Of a stretch of 24,000 bases of DNA, positions 1-7,178 are shown piece by piece; within the stretch, counting starts at the first letter, position 1, and every line of letters starts with the position of its first letter. Made by a program: the position numbers and the translations under genes. The notes below the pieces were generated by a model. The model saw only the letters and a program-made list of their open reading frames with translations. It was not told where the DNA came from and searched no databases. Source of the DNA: an uncultured Bacillota bacterium (GTDB taxonomy: Bacteria > Bacillota_I > Bacilli_A > RFN20 > CAG-826); NCBI GenBank assembly GCA_949298195.1, contig CASFVT010000023.1:33353-57352 (forward strand). The letters run 5' to 3'.

Positions 1-466
1 AATCGGCGATCTTGATGGAACCGTCGGGGAGGTAGAAGAGGTTGTCTGGCTTGATGTCCCGGTGGAGGAGCCCATGCTGGTGGATGTACTCGATTCCCGA
101 GCAGAGTTGGAGCATGATCTCGCTACTTTCCAGGGGCGAAAGGAAATGCCCGGCCACGACGTTGAGCTTGTCGCGGAGGGTCCTTCCGTCGACGTACTCG
201 TTGACCATGTAAGGACGGCCATCGACCTTCCCCTGGCCATAGACCTTGACGATGTTCGGGTCGTTGAGCGAGGCGGCCGCGACGCATTCCCGGGAGAAAC
301 GCTCGAGGTTCTTCTCGCTGTCCATCATGTCCTTCCGCATGACCTTGATGGCCACCGCCCGCTTGTAGATGAGGTCATAGCCCTCGTAGACGTCGGCCAT
401 CCCCCCGTGGGCGATCCTGGAGACGACGCGGTAACGGCCGTCGATCTTGTCGCCGAGTTCAATCAT
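1..466 (-). CDS. prkC: Ser/Thr protein kinase (PrkC/PknB type), N-terminal catalytic domain only; the gene runs off the left edge
   Basis: Own translation of the minus strand from ATG at 466: MIELGDKIDGRYRVVSRIAHGGMADVYEGYDLIYKRAVAIKVMRK...LLHRDIKPDNLFYLPDGSIKIAD. It shows the Gly-rich loop, the AIK lysine, the HRDIKPDN catalytic loop and the start of DFG. The ATG overlaps the prpC stop by 8 nt (AATGATTGA). It is absent from the ORF track because it is truncated. Confidence 0.9.
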   Translation of the reverse strand, partial: MIELGDKIDGRYRVVSRIAHGGMADVYEGYDLIYKRAVAIKVMRKDMMDSEKNLERFSRECVAAASLNDPNIVKVYGQGKVDGRPYMVNEYVDGRTLRDKLNVVAGHFLSPLESSEIMLQLCSGIEYIHQHGLLHRDIKPDNLFYLPDGSIKIAD

Positions 467-1217
467 TGCCGATGGCCTCCCAATAGGCGACGGCGATGTT
501 GTCGCTGCCGCCGGTACCGTTGGCTTCGTAGACGTAGCCGAGAACCTTTTGATCGGCCCGTTCGTCGGTCGAGGCAATGGCCTCGATCGAGGAGAGGGGC
601 AACTGGTTGTAGAGCCCGTCCGAGCAAAGGAGGATGCTCTCCCCTTTGTAGCGGTAGGAATAAATGTCGAGGGAGAGGGAAGGATAGATCCCGACCGCGT
701 TCATGAGGACGTGGCGGTCGGGGTGGGTGAGGGCCTCTTCCGCGGAGATCTTCTCGCTCCTCAATAGGAAATTGACGTAGGTCTGGTCGACGGTCAACTG
801 AGAGGCCTTCCTGCCCTTCACGTAGTAGGCCCTCGAATCGCCGACGTTGGCCACGAGGAGGCGCTTCCCACTCAAAAGGGCGGTGACGAGGGTCGAACCC
901 ATTCCCTTGGCCTCGGGATGCTTCTCGGCGTAGGAATAGACGGAGGCGTTGGCTTTCTTGTAGGCCTTCTTGAGCCAGCGACGGTTCGAGGAAGAGAGGA
1001 GATGGGCCTTCTTGTTCTTGAAGAGGGCGGAGATGACGTCGATGGCTATCCGCGAGGCCACGTCGCCCTTATCGGCCCCGCCCATTCCGTCGGCCACTGC
1101 CAAAAGGACCTCGCCCGCACTGTTCATGAGGACAATGGCTCGGTCCTCGTTGTCTTTCCTGACCCGCCCCCGGTCGGTCCGGAAGGCGTAGGTTCCATGG
1201 AGCTCGTATCTGATCAT
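459..1217 (-). CDS. prpC: PP2C-family Ser/Thr phosphatase (PrpC/Stp)
   Basis: Motifs RTDRGRVRKDNED, AVADGMGG, GDSRAY and LCSDGL. The likely start is MIRYELHG at 1217, forming an ATGA overlap with the rlmN stop. The track ORF start at 1259 is an upstream extension. The gene sits next to prkC, as in Bacillus. Confidence 0.92.
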   Translation of the reverse strand: MIRYELHGTYAFRTDRGRVRKDNEDRAIVLMNSAGEVLLAVADGMGGADKGDVASRIAIDVISALFKNKKAHLLSSSNRRWLKKAYKKANASVYSYAEKHPEAKGMGSTLVTALLSGKRLLVANVGDSRAYYVKGRKASQLTVDQTYVNFLLRSEKISAEEALTHPDRHVLMNAVGIYPSLSLDIYSYRYKGESILLCSDGLYNQLPLSSIEAIASTDERADQKVLGYVYEANGTGGSDNIAVAYWEAIGND

Positions 1218-2278
1218 CGCTGGTTCCCTCCCCCGTATTTTACCCTCAGCTGGCCGCATGCCGCGTCGATGTCGGTCCCGAATTCCTTCCGGATGGTCGT
1301 CTTGACGCCCCTGGATAGGAGGAGGTCGGCGAACCGCCGGGCCCGTTTACTCCGGGCAAAGGGCTTCTCCTTCACCGGGTTGAGGGGAATGAGGTTGACA
1401 TAGCAAAGCAGTCCCTTGAGGAGGGAGGCGAGCTCCCGGGCGTTCTCGTCGCTGTCGTTGATCCCGTCGATGAGGATGTACTCGAAGGTGAGCCGCCGGC
1501 CGGAATCCTCGACGTATTGATGGCAGGCGGAGATGAGATCGTCCATGGAATAACCGCGGGCAATCGGCATGAGGAGGCGACGCGTCTTCTCGTTGGAGGC
1601 ATGGAGGGAAATGGCGAGGTTGATCTGGAGGCCTTCCTTCCCGTAACGGCGTATTTTTTCGATAATACCGCAGGTCGAGACGGTGATGTGCCGGGCCCCG
1701 ATCCCGAGGGCCCGGTCGTCGTTGATGATCCTCACGAAGTCCATCACCGCATCGTAGTTGTCGAAAGGCTCGCCGGTGCCCATCACCACGACGTGGGAGA
1801 GGCGTTCGTTGCCTTGATGGAGGAAGTCGTCGATGACGAGGCACTGCCCCACCATCTCCCCGGAACTGAGCCCACGGGTCTTCTTGAGGAGGCCGGAGGC
1901 ACAGAAGGCGCAGCCCATCGAACAGCCGACTTCGCTGGAGACGCAGGCGACGTTGCCGTAGTCGTAGCGCATGAGGACGGTTTCGACGAGGCTCCCGTCG
2001 CCCATCCTAAGGAGGAACTTGACCGTCCCGTCCCTGGCTTCCTGCCTCGCCGCGACTTCGGGAAGGGCAAAGGAAAAGGCCTCCTTCAGGCGCTCCCGGT
2101 AGCTTTTCGAGACGTCGGACATGAGCTCGGGGTCACGAACCCGTTTCTTGTAGACCCATTCGAAAAGCTGACGCGCCCGGTAGGGCTTCTCCCCTTCCGC
2201 GACCACGAGTTCGCTCAGGCGGGAAAGGGTAAAGTCATAGAATAGACGGGGTGACGCCCTTTCCATCGGGCCCCTCAC
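1214..2278 (-). CDS. rlmN: 23S rRNA/tRNA adenine-C2 methyltransferase RlmN (radical SAM)
   Basis: Radical-SAM CxxxCxxC motif (GCSMGCAFCASG), the N-terminal RARQLFEWVY motif and the C-terminal DIDAACGQL. The start is either GTG at 2278 (GTGA overlap with the upstream stop) or ATG at 2266. Confidence 0.93.
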   Translation of the reverse strand: MRGPMERASPRLFYDFTLSRLSELVVAEGEKPYRARQLFEWVYKKRVRDPELMSDVSKSYRERLKEAFSFALPEVAARQEARDGTVKFLLRMGDGSLVETVLMRYDYGNVACVSSEVGCSMGCAFCASGLLKKTRGLSSGEMVGQCLVIDDFLHQGNERLSHVVVMGTGEPFDNYDAVMDFVRIINDDRALGIGARHITVSTCGIIEKIRRYGKEGLQINLAISLHASNEKTRRLLMPIARGYSMDDLISACHQYVEDSGRRLTFEYILIDGINDSDENARELASLLKGLLCYVNLIPLNPVKEKPFARSKRARRFADLLLSRGVKTTIRKEFGTDIDAACGQLRVKYGGGNQR

Positions 2279-3636
2279 TTGTTGGCTAGGGAGGCCGGCA
2301 TCGCCGGATCGACGTAGGCCGGGGCGGCCGGGATGGCCTCCGGGGCCGGGGTCAGCGGGTCGACGGCCCGGGTCTCTTTCTTGAGGATGGCGTAATACAT
2401 CGCCGTGTCGAGGTCCTCGAAGGGGAAGACCTGGCGTTCCGCCTCGAGGTGATATTCGGGGTGGGCGATGAGGAAGGCATTGATGGTCCGATGGCCTTCG
2501 AGTTGGCTGATCGTGTAGACGCAGTAGACGAGCTTCCCGCCTTCCTCGACAAAGGAGGAAACGTTCTCCAAAGTGGCCTTTTCCTCAGCATAGATGGCTT
2601 CCATGTCTTCCTTTTTGAAATGGAGAAGGAAGTCGGGCGACTCGCGGATGAGATCGAAGGAGGAACTACGCGGAGCGCAGATGGCGAGCTCGACCGGACG
2701 GGAGACGGAGGCGAGGAGGGAGTCGCTCCCGGCGGCGAAGAAATTGACGTTCGAGAGTCCCTTCTTCTTGATGAAGCGGGAAACCGGTACGTGTTTATTG
2801 AGCGACTTGCAGCCGAGGTTGAGCCCCAGGTGACCGTATCTCAGGATGGCCTCGAGGAGGAGGGAAGAGTCATCGAGCCCGGTATAGACGAGGGCTTCGC
2901 TCGGCTCTTCGAGGGGCAGTAAGTCGAGGAGGTACTTGGTGCCGGGGCGCTCGAGCCAAAGGTTGCCGTTGACGTAATCGGGGAGCCGGCGAAGCGGTTG
3001 CTTCCCCTCGTAATAGGCAATCCCCTCGACGCTGGAAGGCTTGAAGTCCGGGTTGGCTTCATAGAAGGAAGCCGGGTCGAGGTCGGGCCCGAGACGGACG
3101 GTGATCGTCCCCGGGCGGGCGTTTTTCTTGAGGATCTTCCCCATCGCCCCCTTGCCATAGTGGGCCCAGATCTTCATCACCCATTCCGGGCAGTTGAAGC
3201 GGAGGGAGAGGAAACGGTCGGTCCAGGCTTCCCCGATTCCCTCGGGCATGAAGCTATGGACTTCCTCGAGGGCCTTCTGGAAGAGGGGGAGGACGAGGGC
3301 TAGTTTCTCTTCCCCGAGCTTTCCCTTGCTCAGGGCGAGCATCTCCTCGTAGGGGATCCGCTTGTAGTAATAGACATCGGCCAAGGCAAGGGAAAGGAAG
3401 CGACGGTCATCGTCGTTTAGTCCCTCGACCGGGTCGAGGAGGGTCTTGAAGAGGAGGTGATGCCGGAGTTCGCATCCGACGAGACCGGCGACGAACGACC
3501 GGTGCTTCCGAAGGGGCTCGTTTTCCCGCGGCTGGAATTTCTTCCTGAGCGCCTCATTGAAGGGAACATCGTCGACGACGATCTCCTTTAGGGTCTCCTC
3601 CGCGAGGGAGAATTGAAGTTCGGTCTCTTCCATCAT
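2275..3636 (-). CDS. RsmB/Sun-like protein (NusB-like N-domain plus Rossmann-like C-domain) with degenerate catalytic motifs
   Basis: It occupies the position of rsmB, directly upstream of rlmN. The C-terminal half aligns by eye with RsmB (..GGKLVY..T.S..E......FL..HPE). However, AAPGGK, DAPCSG and TC are replaced by TGLDDS, CAPRSS and YT. A GGAGG SD lies 5 nt upstream of ATGATG at 3636. Confidence 0.7.
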   Translation of the reverse strand: MMEETELQFSLAEETLKEIVVDDVPFNEALRKKFQPRENEPLRKHRSFVAGLVGCELRHHLLFKTLLDPVEGLNDDDRRFLSLALADVYYYKRIPYEEMLALSKGKLGEEKLALVLPLFQKALEEVHSFMPEGIGEAWTDRFLSLRFNCPEWVMKIWAHYGKGAMGKILKKNARPGTITVRLGPDLDPASFYEANPDFKPSSVEGIAYYEGKQPLRRLPDYVNGNLWLERPGTKYLLDLLPLEEPSEALVYTGLDDSSLLLEAILRYGHLGLNLGCKSLNKHVPVSRFIKKKGLSNVNFFAAGSDSLLASVSRPVELAICAPRSSSFDLIRESPDFLLHFKKEDMEAIYAEEKATLENVSSFVEEGGKLVYCVYTISQLEGHRTINAFLIAHPEYHLEAERQVFPFEDLDTAMYYAILKKETRAVDPLTPAPEAIPAAPAYVDPAMPASLANK

Positions 3637-3662
3637 TGGTTCCTCCGTAAATGCAAAAGGGC

Positions 3663-4187
3663 CTAGTCGCCCTTCGTGCTCGAGACGATGTCCGCGAGGT
3701 CGCGCGCGGCTTTTTCCTCGAGGGAGTCGATCTTGCCCTCGAAGGCGTTGCCAAGGTAGATTTCCTCCCCTTGGTCGGGATTTCCCCCGTCGATGGCTTC
3801 CTCGGCGCTTTCCTCGGCTTTCAGGACGGCTTCCTTGATGTTCTCGGCCTTCAGGAAGCGCGGGTAGTCCGGGTTGTGGCGGGAATACTCATGGCCATGG
3901 AAATACTCGAAGCGGACGTCGACGTTGACCGAGAAGTCGGTAAGGGTCGAGAGAAGGTAGTTGGCCACCTTCTCTTCCGCCGCTTCGTAAGAGGCGTCGC
4001 AATGGACGATGACGAGGGCGTTCCAGGATATCTGCTCAACCCCGTCGTGGAAAAGGGTCGAAACCGGGGAATAGAAGGCGAGGTCGTCTTCGCTCACCTC
4101 GAAAAGGGAGGCAAGGTTCTTCCCGTGTTCGCGGCTATAGTGGCCGGCCACGTATTGGTCGAGACCGAGGATGTCGATGCTGATCAT
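3663..4187 (-). CDS. DUF1904-like (tautomerase-superfamily-like) protein with an acidic C-terminal extension
   Basis: 174-aa ORF. The N-terminal ~100 aa resemble DUF1904 proteins by eye (short first strand, then ..F.....STLFHDG.., then VIVHCD). The C-terminal ~60 aa are E/D/K-rich. The family assignment rests on memory of the family pattern only. Confidence 0.55.
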   Translation of the reverse strand: MISIDILGLDQYVAGHYSREHGKNLASLFEVSEDDLAFYSPVSTLFHDGVEQISWNALVIVHCDASYEAAEEKVANYLLSTLTDFSVNVDVRFEYFHGHEYSRHNPDYPRFLKAENIKEAVLKAEESAEEAIDGGNPDQGEEIYLGNAFEGKIDSLEEKAARDLADIVSSTKGD

Positions 4188-4203
4188 GTGCTTACGCTTG
4201 GCG

Positions 4204-4212
4204 ATTATAGCA
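4204..4212 (-). promoter_or_regulatory. Extended -10 promoter element (TGCTATAAT on the minus strand) for the DUF1904-like/rsmB-like/rlmN/prpC/prkC unit
   Basis: The minus strand reads ...TTGCTTGCACGCGGGGCGCGCGTGCTATAATCGCCAAGCGTAAGCACATG. This is a perfect TGnTATAAT, with TTGCTT/TTGCAC as possible -35 elements at non-ideal spacing. Only 16 nt separate the -10 from the ATG at 4187, and there is no SD. Confidence 0.5.
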
Positions 4213-4263
4213 CGCGCGCCCCGCGTGCAAGCAAGAACATGAGAGCCAAATAAAAACGCTTTC

Positions 4264-6480
4264 CTAGAAATCGAGGGGGTCGACGTCGACGTCGATGCTG
4301 ACCTCCGGGAGGAGGGAATAACGGCGGACGAGTTCCCGGAGGCTCGCTATGACGGCCTCGCGGTCCTTGAACTTGAGGAGGACGACCCTTCGATAGAGCC
4401 CGTCCCGGCGGACGTAATAAGGAGCCATCGGCCCGATGGCCCTAAGACTCGGGAGTTCGAGGGATCGAAGCTCGTTGGCGAAAGAGAGGGCGAGCTCGTA
4501 GGCCCGCTCTTCCTTCGGGGCCCGTATCTCGACGGCAATCAAATAGACATACGGGGGAAAGAGGGCGAGTTTCCGCTCGCGCATTTCCTTGAGGTAGAAG
4601 CCGACGTAGTCCTGCTTGGCCCCGAGGGCGATGGCATAGTGGTTCGGGTTGTAGGTCTCTATGAGGGCCTCGCCCGGCAAAAGCGAGCGGCCGGCCCGGC
4701 CGACCGCCTGGGCAATCAGTTGGAAGACCCGTTCCGAAGAGCGGTAGCCCGGGATGGCGAGCCCGACGTCGCTGCCAAGTACCGCGGCGAGGGTGAGATG
4801 GGGGAAATCGTGCCCCTTGGCAACCATCTGGGTGCCGATGAGGATGTCGAACTCCCTCTCGCGGAACCCCTTCACCACTTGCTCGAGGCGGTAGGAGGAG
4901 CGCCCGACGTCGCTATCGAGGCGGGCGATCCTGGCCTCCGGGAAGAGGGCTTGGACTTCCTCCTCGAGGCGCTCGGTCCCAAAGCCGACCCGCCGGATGG
5001 CCGGGTTCCCGCATTCGGGGCAGTGCTCGGGGTATTCCTCGACGTGACCGCAATGGTGGCACTTGAGGAGGCGCTGCTCGCGGTGGTAGACGAGGTTCCC
5101 CCCGCATTCGGGGCATTTGAATAGATGTCCGCAGCGCGGGCAATTGATTCCGGTCCAATATCCCCGCCGGTTGATGAGGAGGAGGCATTGCTCGCCTTTG
5201 GAGAGTTTTTCCCGCATCTTCTCGATCAGGGGCTTGGAGATCTTGTCGCTCTCCTTTCCGAAGGCCCCGGGGGCCCGGAGGTCGATGATGTGGGTCTTCG
5301 GGAGGGGGCGTTCATTGACCCGATGGGGCATTTCGGCATAGCCATAGACCCCCTTGAGGGCCCGGGCCCGGGCCCCGAGGGTCGGGGTGGCCGAGCCGAG
5401 GACGACCTTGGCCTTCTCCCGCCGTCCCCGCATGATGGCCACTTCGCGGGCGTGGTAATGGGGGGCATTGTCTTGCTTGTAGCTTTCGACGTGCTCCTCG
5501 TCGAGGACGATGAGGCCGACATTCGCCATCGGGGCGAAGACGGCGCTCCGCGCCCCGACGACGATTTGGGCCTCGCCGCGGGCAATCCGCCGGTATTCGT
5601 CATAGCGTTCGGCGTTGGTTAGTTCGCTATGGAGGATGGCGATCTTGTTCCCGAACCGGCGGGCGAAGTAATCGACCATCGCCGGGGTGAGGTTGATTTC
5701 CGGGACGAGCATGATGACCCCCTTCCCGGAGGCGAGGATTTCCTCGCTCAAGGACAGGTAGACCTCGGTCTTACCCGACCCGGTTACCCCTTGGAGGAGG
5801 ACGACCTCCTGCTTGGCACCCAAGATGGCATCGAGGGCCTTCCGTTGCTCATACGTCAGCTCGTGGGCCTTTTCGATTTCCCGTTCCGGGATCGCGTGAC
5901 GCATCCGCTCCCGCCTCTCGATGGCGAGCCTCCCCTTGTCCAAGAGGGCCTTGAGGACGGCGGGAGAGCCGATTTCCTTCTTCTTGATGGGTCCCGAAGA
6001 GATGGCCAGGCGGAGCATCTCAAGCTGTTTGGGGGTCAAACCATCCTCGTTTCGGTCGACGACCTTCACGTAGTAGTCATAGGCGATCTTCGGGGCCCGC
6101 AAGGAACTCGACCGGGGGGACAGCGAAGGGGGAAGCATCGCCTGGAGGACCCTGATGAGGGGGGAAAGGTAATAGGAAGCCACTTCCTGGGCCAGTTCCC
6201 AGAGTTCGGTGGTCAAAAGCGGCTCGGGGTCGATGATGTCGGCATCCCGAAGTTCCTTGAGGGAATAGCCGAGCTCCCTTTCGAGGGTTTCTTTCGCCTC
6301 GCTGGCCTCCCGGACCATGAGGGCGAAGCCGACCAAGCGTTTCCGTGGCCCGAAGGAACAGAGGACCCGGCAATGCGGTTTCGGGGGGCGATCACCTCGG
6401 TAAAAGTAGGTGAAAGGCCGGTCGAGCGACCGGACCGAGTACTCGACGAGCACCTCAACGAGGAAGGATCCCATTCTCAA
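4264..6480 (-). CDS. priA: Primosomal replication-restart helicase PriA
   Basis: Walker A GVTGSGKTEVY, a DEEH box (LDEEH) and the Cys-rich zinc region CPRCG..CPECGG..CHHCG..CPECG. The start is TTG at 6480 or, more likely, ATG at 6474 (MGSFLVEV), just after the gmk stop. Confidence 0.95.
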   Translation of the reverse strand: MRMGSFLVEVLVEYSVRSLDRPFTYFYRGDRPPKPHCRVLCSFGPRKRLVGFALMVREASEAKETLERELGYSLKELRDADIIDPEPLLTTELWELAQEVASYYLSPLIRVLQAMLPPSLSPRSSSLRAPKIAYDYYVKVVDRNEDGLTPKQLEMLRLAISSGPIKKKEIGSPAVLKALLDKGRLAIERRERMRHAIPEREIEKAHELTYEQRKALDAILGAKQEVVLLQGVTGSGKTEVYLSLSEEILASGKGVIMLVPEINLTPAMVDYFARRFGNKIAILHSELTNAERYDEYRRIARGEAQIVVGARSAVFAPMANVGLIVLDEEHVESYKQDNAPHYHAREVAIMRGRREKAKVVLGSATPTLGARARALKGVYGYAEMPHRVNERPLPKTHIIDLRAPGAFGKESDKISKPLIEKMREKLSKGEQCLLLINRRGYWTGINCPRCGHLFKCPECGGNLVYHREQRLLKCHHCGHVEEYPEHCPECGNPAIRRVGFGTERLEEEVQALFPEARIARLDSDVGRSSYRLEQVVKGFREREFDILIGTQMVAKGHDFPHLTLAAVLGSDVGLAIPGYRSSERVFQLIAQAVGRAGRSLLPGEALIETYNPNHYAIALGAKQDYVGFYLKEMRERKLALFPPYVYLIAVEIRAPKEERAYELALSFANELRSLELPSLRAIGPMAPYYVRRDGLYRRVVLLKFKDREAVIASLRELVRRYSLLPEVSIDVDVDPLDF

Positions 6481-7052
6481 TTGACCAGCCGGGAGCGGAT
6501 GATCGAGGCGATTTCGGCGACGGCCCCGTCCAGTTCGTCATTGACGATTCGATAATCGTAGTCCTTGGCCATCTCGAGCTCACGTTCGGCCTTGCGGAGA
6601 CGGGCATTTATGATGGCGGGGTCCTCGGTGTCGCGGCCCTCGAGGCGGGCAATGAGCTCTTCTTTCGAAGGAGGGAGGATGAAGATGGTGAGGAGGCGTT
6701 CGCCGGCGCACTTCTTCATCACCTGATGGGCTCCGTTGACCTCGATTTCGAGGATGACGTTCTTCCCTTCCTCGAGGGCGGCGAAAACCTCTTTCTTCGG
6801 GGTGCCGTAGTTGTGGCGGACGAAATTGGTATGTTCGAGGAAGCCACCAGACTGAACCATCTCCTGGAAGGTCTTCTCGTCGACGAAACGGTAATCGACC
6901 CCGTCCTTCTCCCCGGGACGCATGTCCCTGGTCGTATAGGAAACCGAATAGACGAGATGGAGGGAAGGGTCGTCCATGAGACGCTCGCGCACCGTCCCCT
7001 TCCCAACTCCCGAAGGCCCGGAAATGACGATGAGAAGCCCGCGATTTGGCAT
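6477..7052 (-). CDS. gmk: Guanylate kinase
   Basis: P-loop GPSGVGKGT, the YSVSYTTR..RPGE..G.DY.F motif and a length of 191 aa. Confidence 0.95.
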   Translation of the reverse strand: MPNRGLLIVISGPSGVGKGTVRERLMDDPSLHLVYSVSYTTRDMRPGEKDGVDYRFVDEKTFQEMVQSGGFLEHTNFVRHNYGTPKKEVFAALEEGKNVILEIEVNGAHQVMKKCAGERLLTIFILPPSKEELIARLEGRDTEDPAIINARLRKAERELEMAKDYDYRIVNDELDGAVAEIASIIRSRLVN

Positions 7053-7057
7053 ATATT

Positions 7058-7063
7058 GTTATA
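7058..7063 (-). promoter_or_regulatory. -10-like box TATAAC located 5 nt upstream of the gmk ATG (candidate leaderless promoter)
   Basis: The minus strand reads GATACTTTATAACAATATATGCCAAAT. There is no SD-like purine run between the box and the ATG, and no convincing -35. Confidence 0.35.
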
Positions 7064-7178
7064 AAGTATCGCAGAATCCGGGCCGGAAGGCAAAGTCGAT
7101 TGCCCCTTTTTCGTTTCCCCGTGATCCTTCCACCCGGAAGGAAGGGTTTAAGGGGTTTGAGGCCATCTGCCCGCGGCG

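Noticed and set aside
4276-4297. Short tandem GTCGAC-GTCGAC-GTCGAT repeat (SalI-like palindromes) at the 3' end of priA.
   Set aside because: It encodes the alternating DVDVD of the PriA C-terminus (SIDVDVDPLDF). With only three units it reflects codon-pair bias (GTC GAC) and is not a structural repeat or a CRISPR/IS feature. Likewise, the many CTCGAG sites across the window are Leu-Glu codon pairs.
7089-7141. Terminator-like element GGCAA-agtcga-TTGCC-cc-TTTTT (7089-7111, plus strand) and hairpin CCTTCC-accc-GGAAGG (7126-7141) in the gmk/rqcH divergent intergenic region. They could be an attenuator or riboswitch in an rqcH leader.
   Set aside because: The stems are only 5-6 bp. No plus-strand promoter could be placed confidently upstream, and no known riboswitch consensus is recognisable. 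The evidence is too weak without covariation or TSS data.
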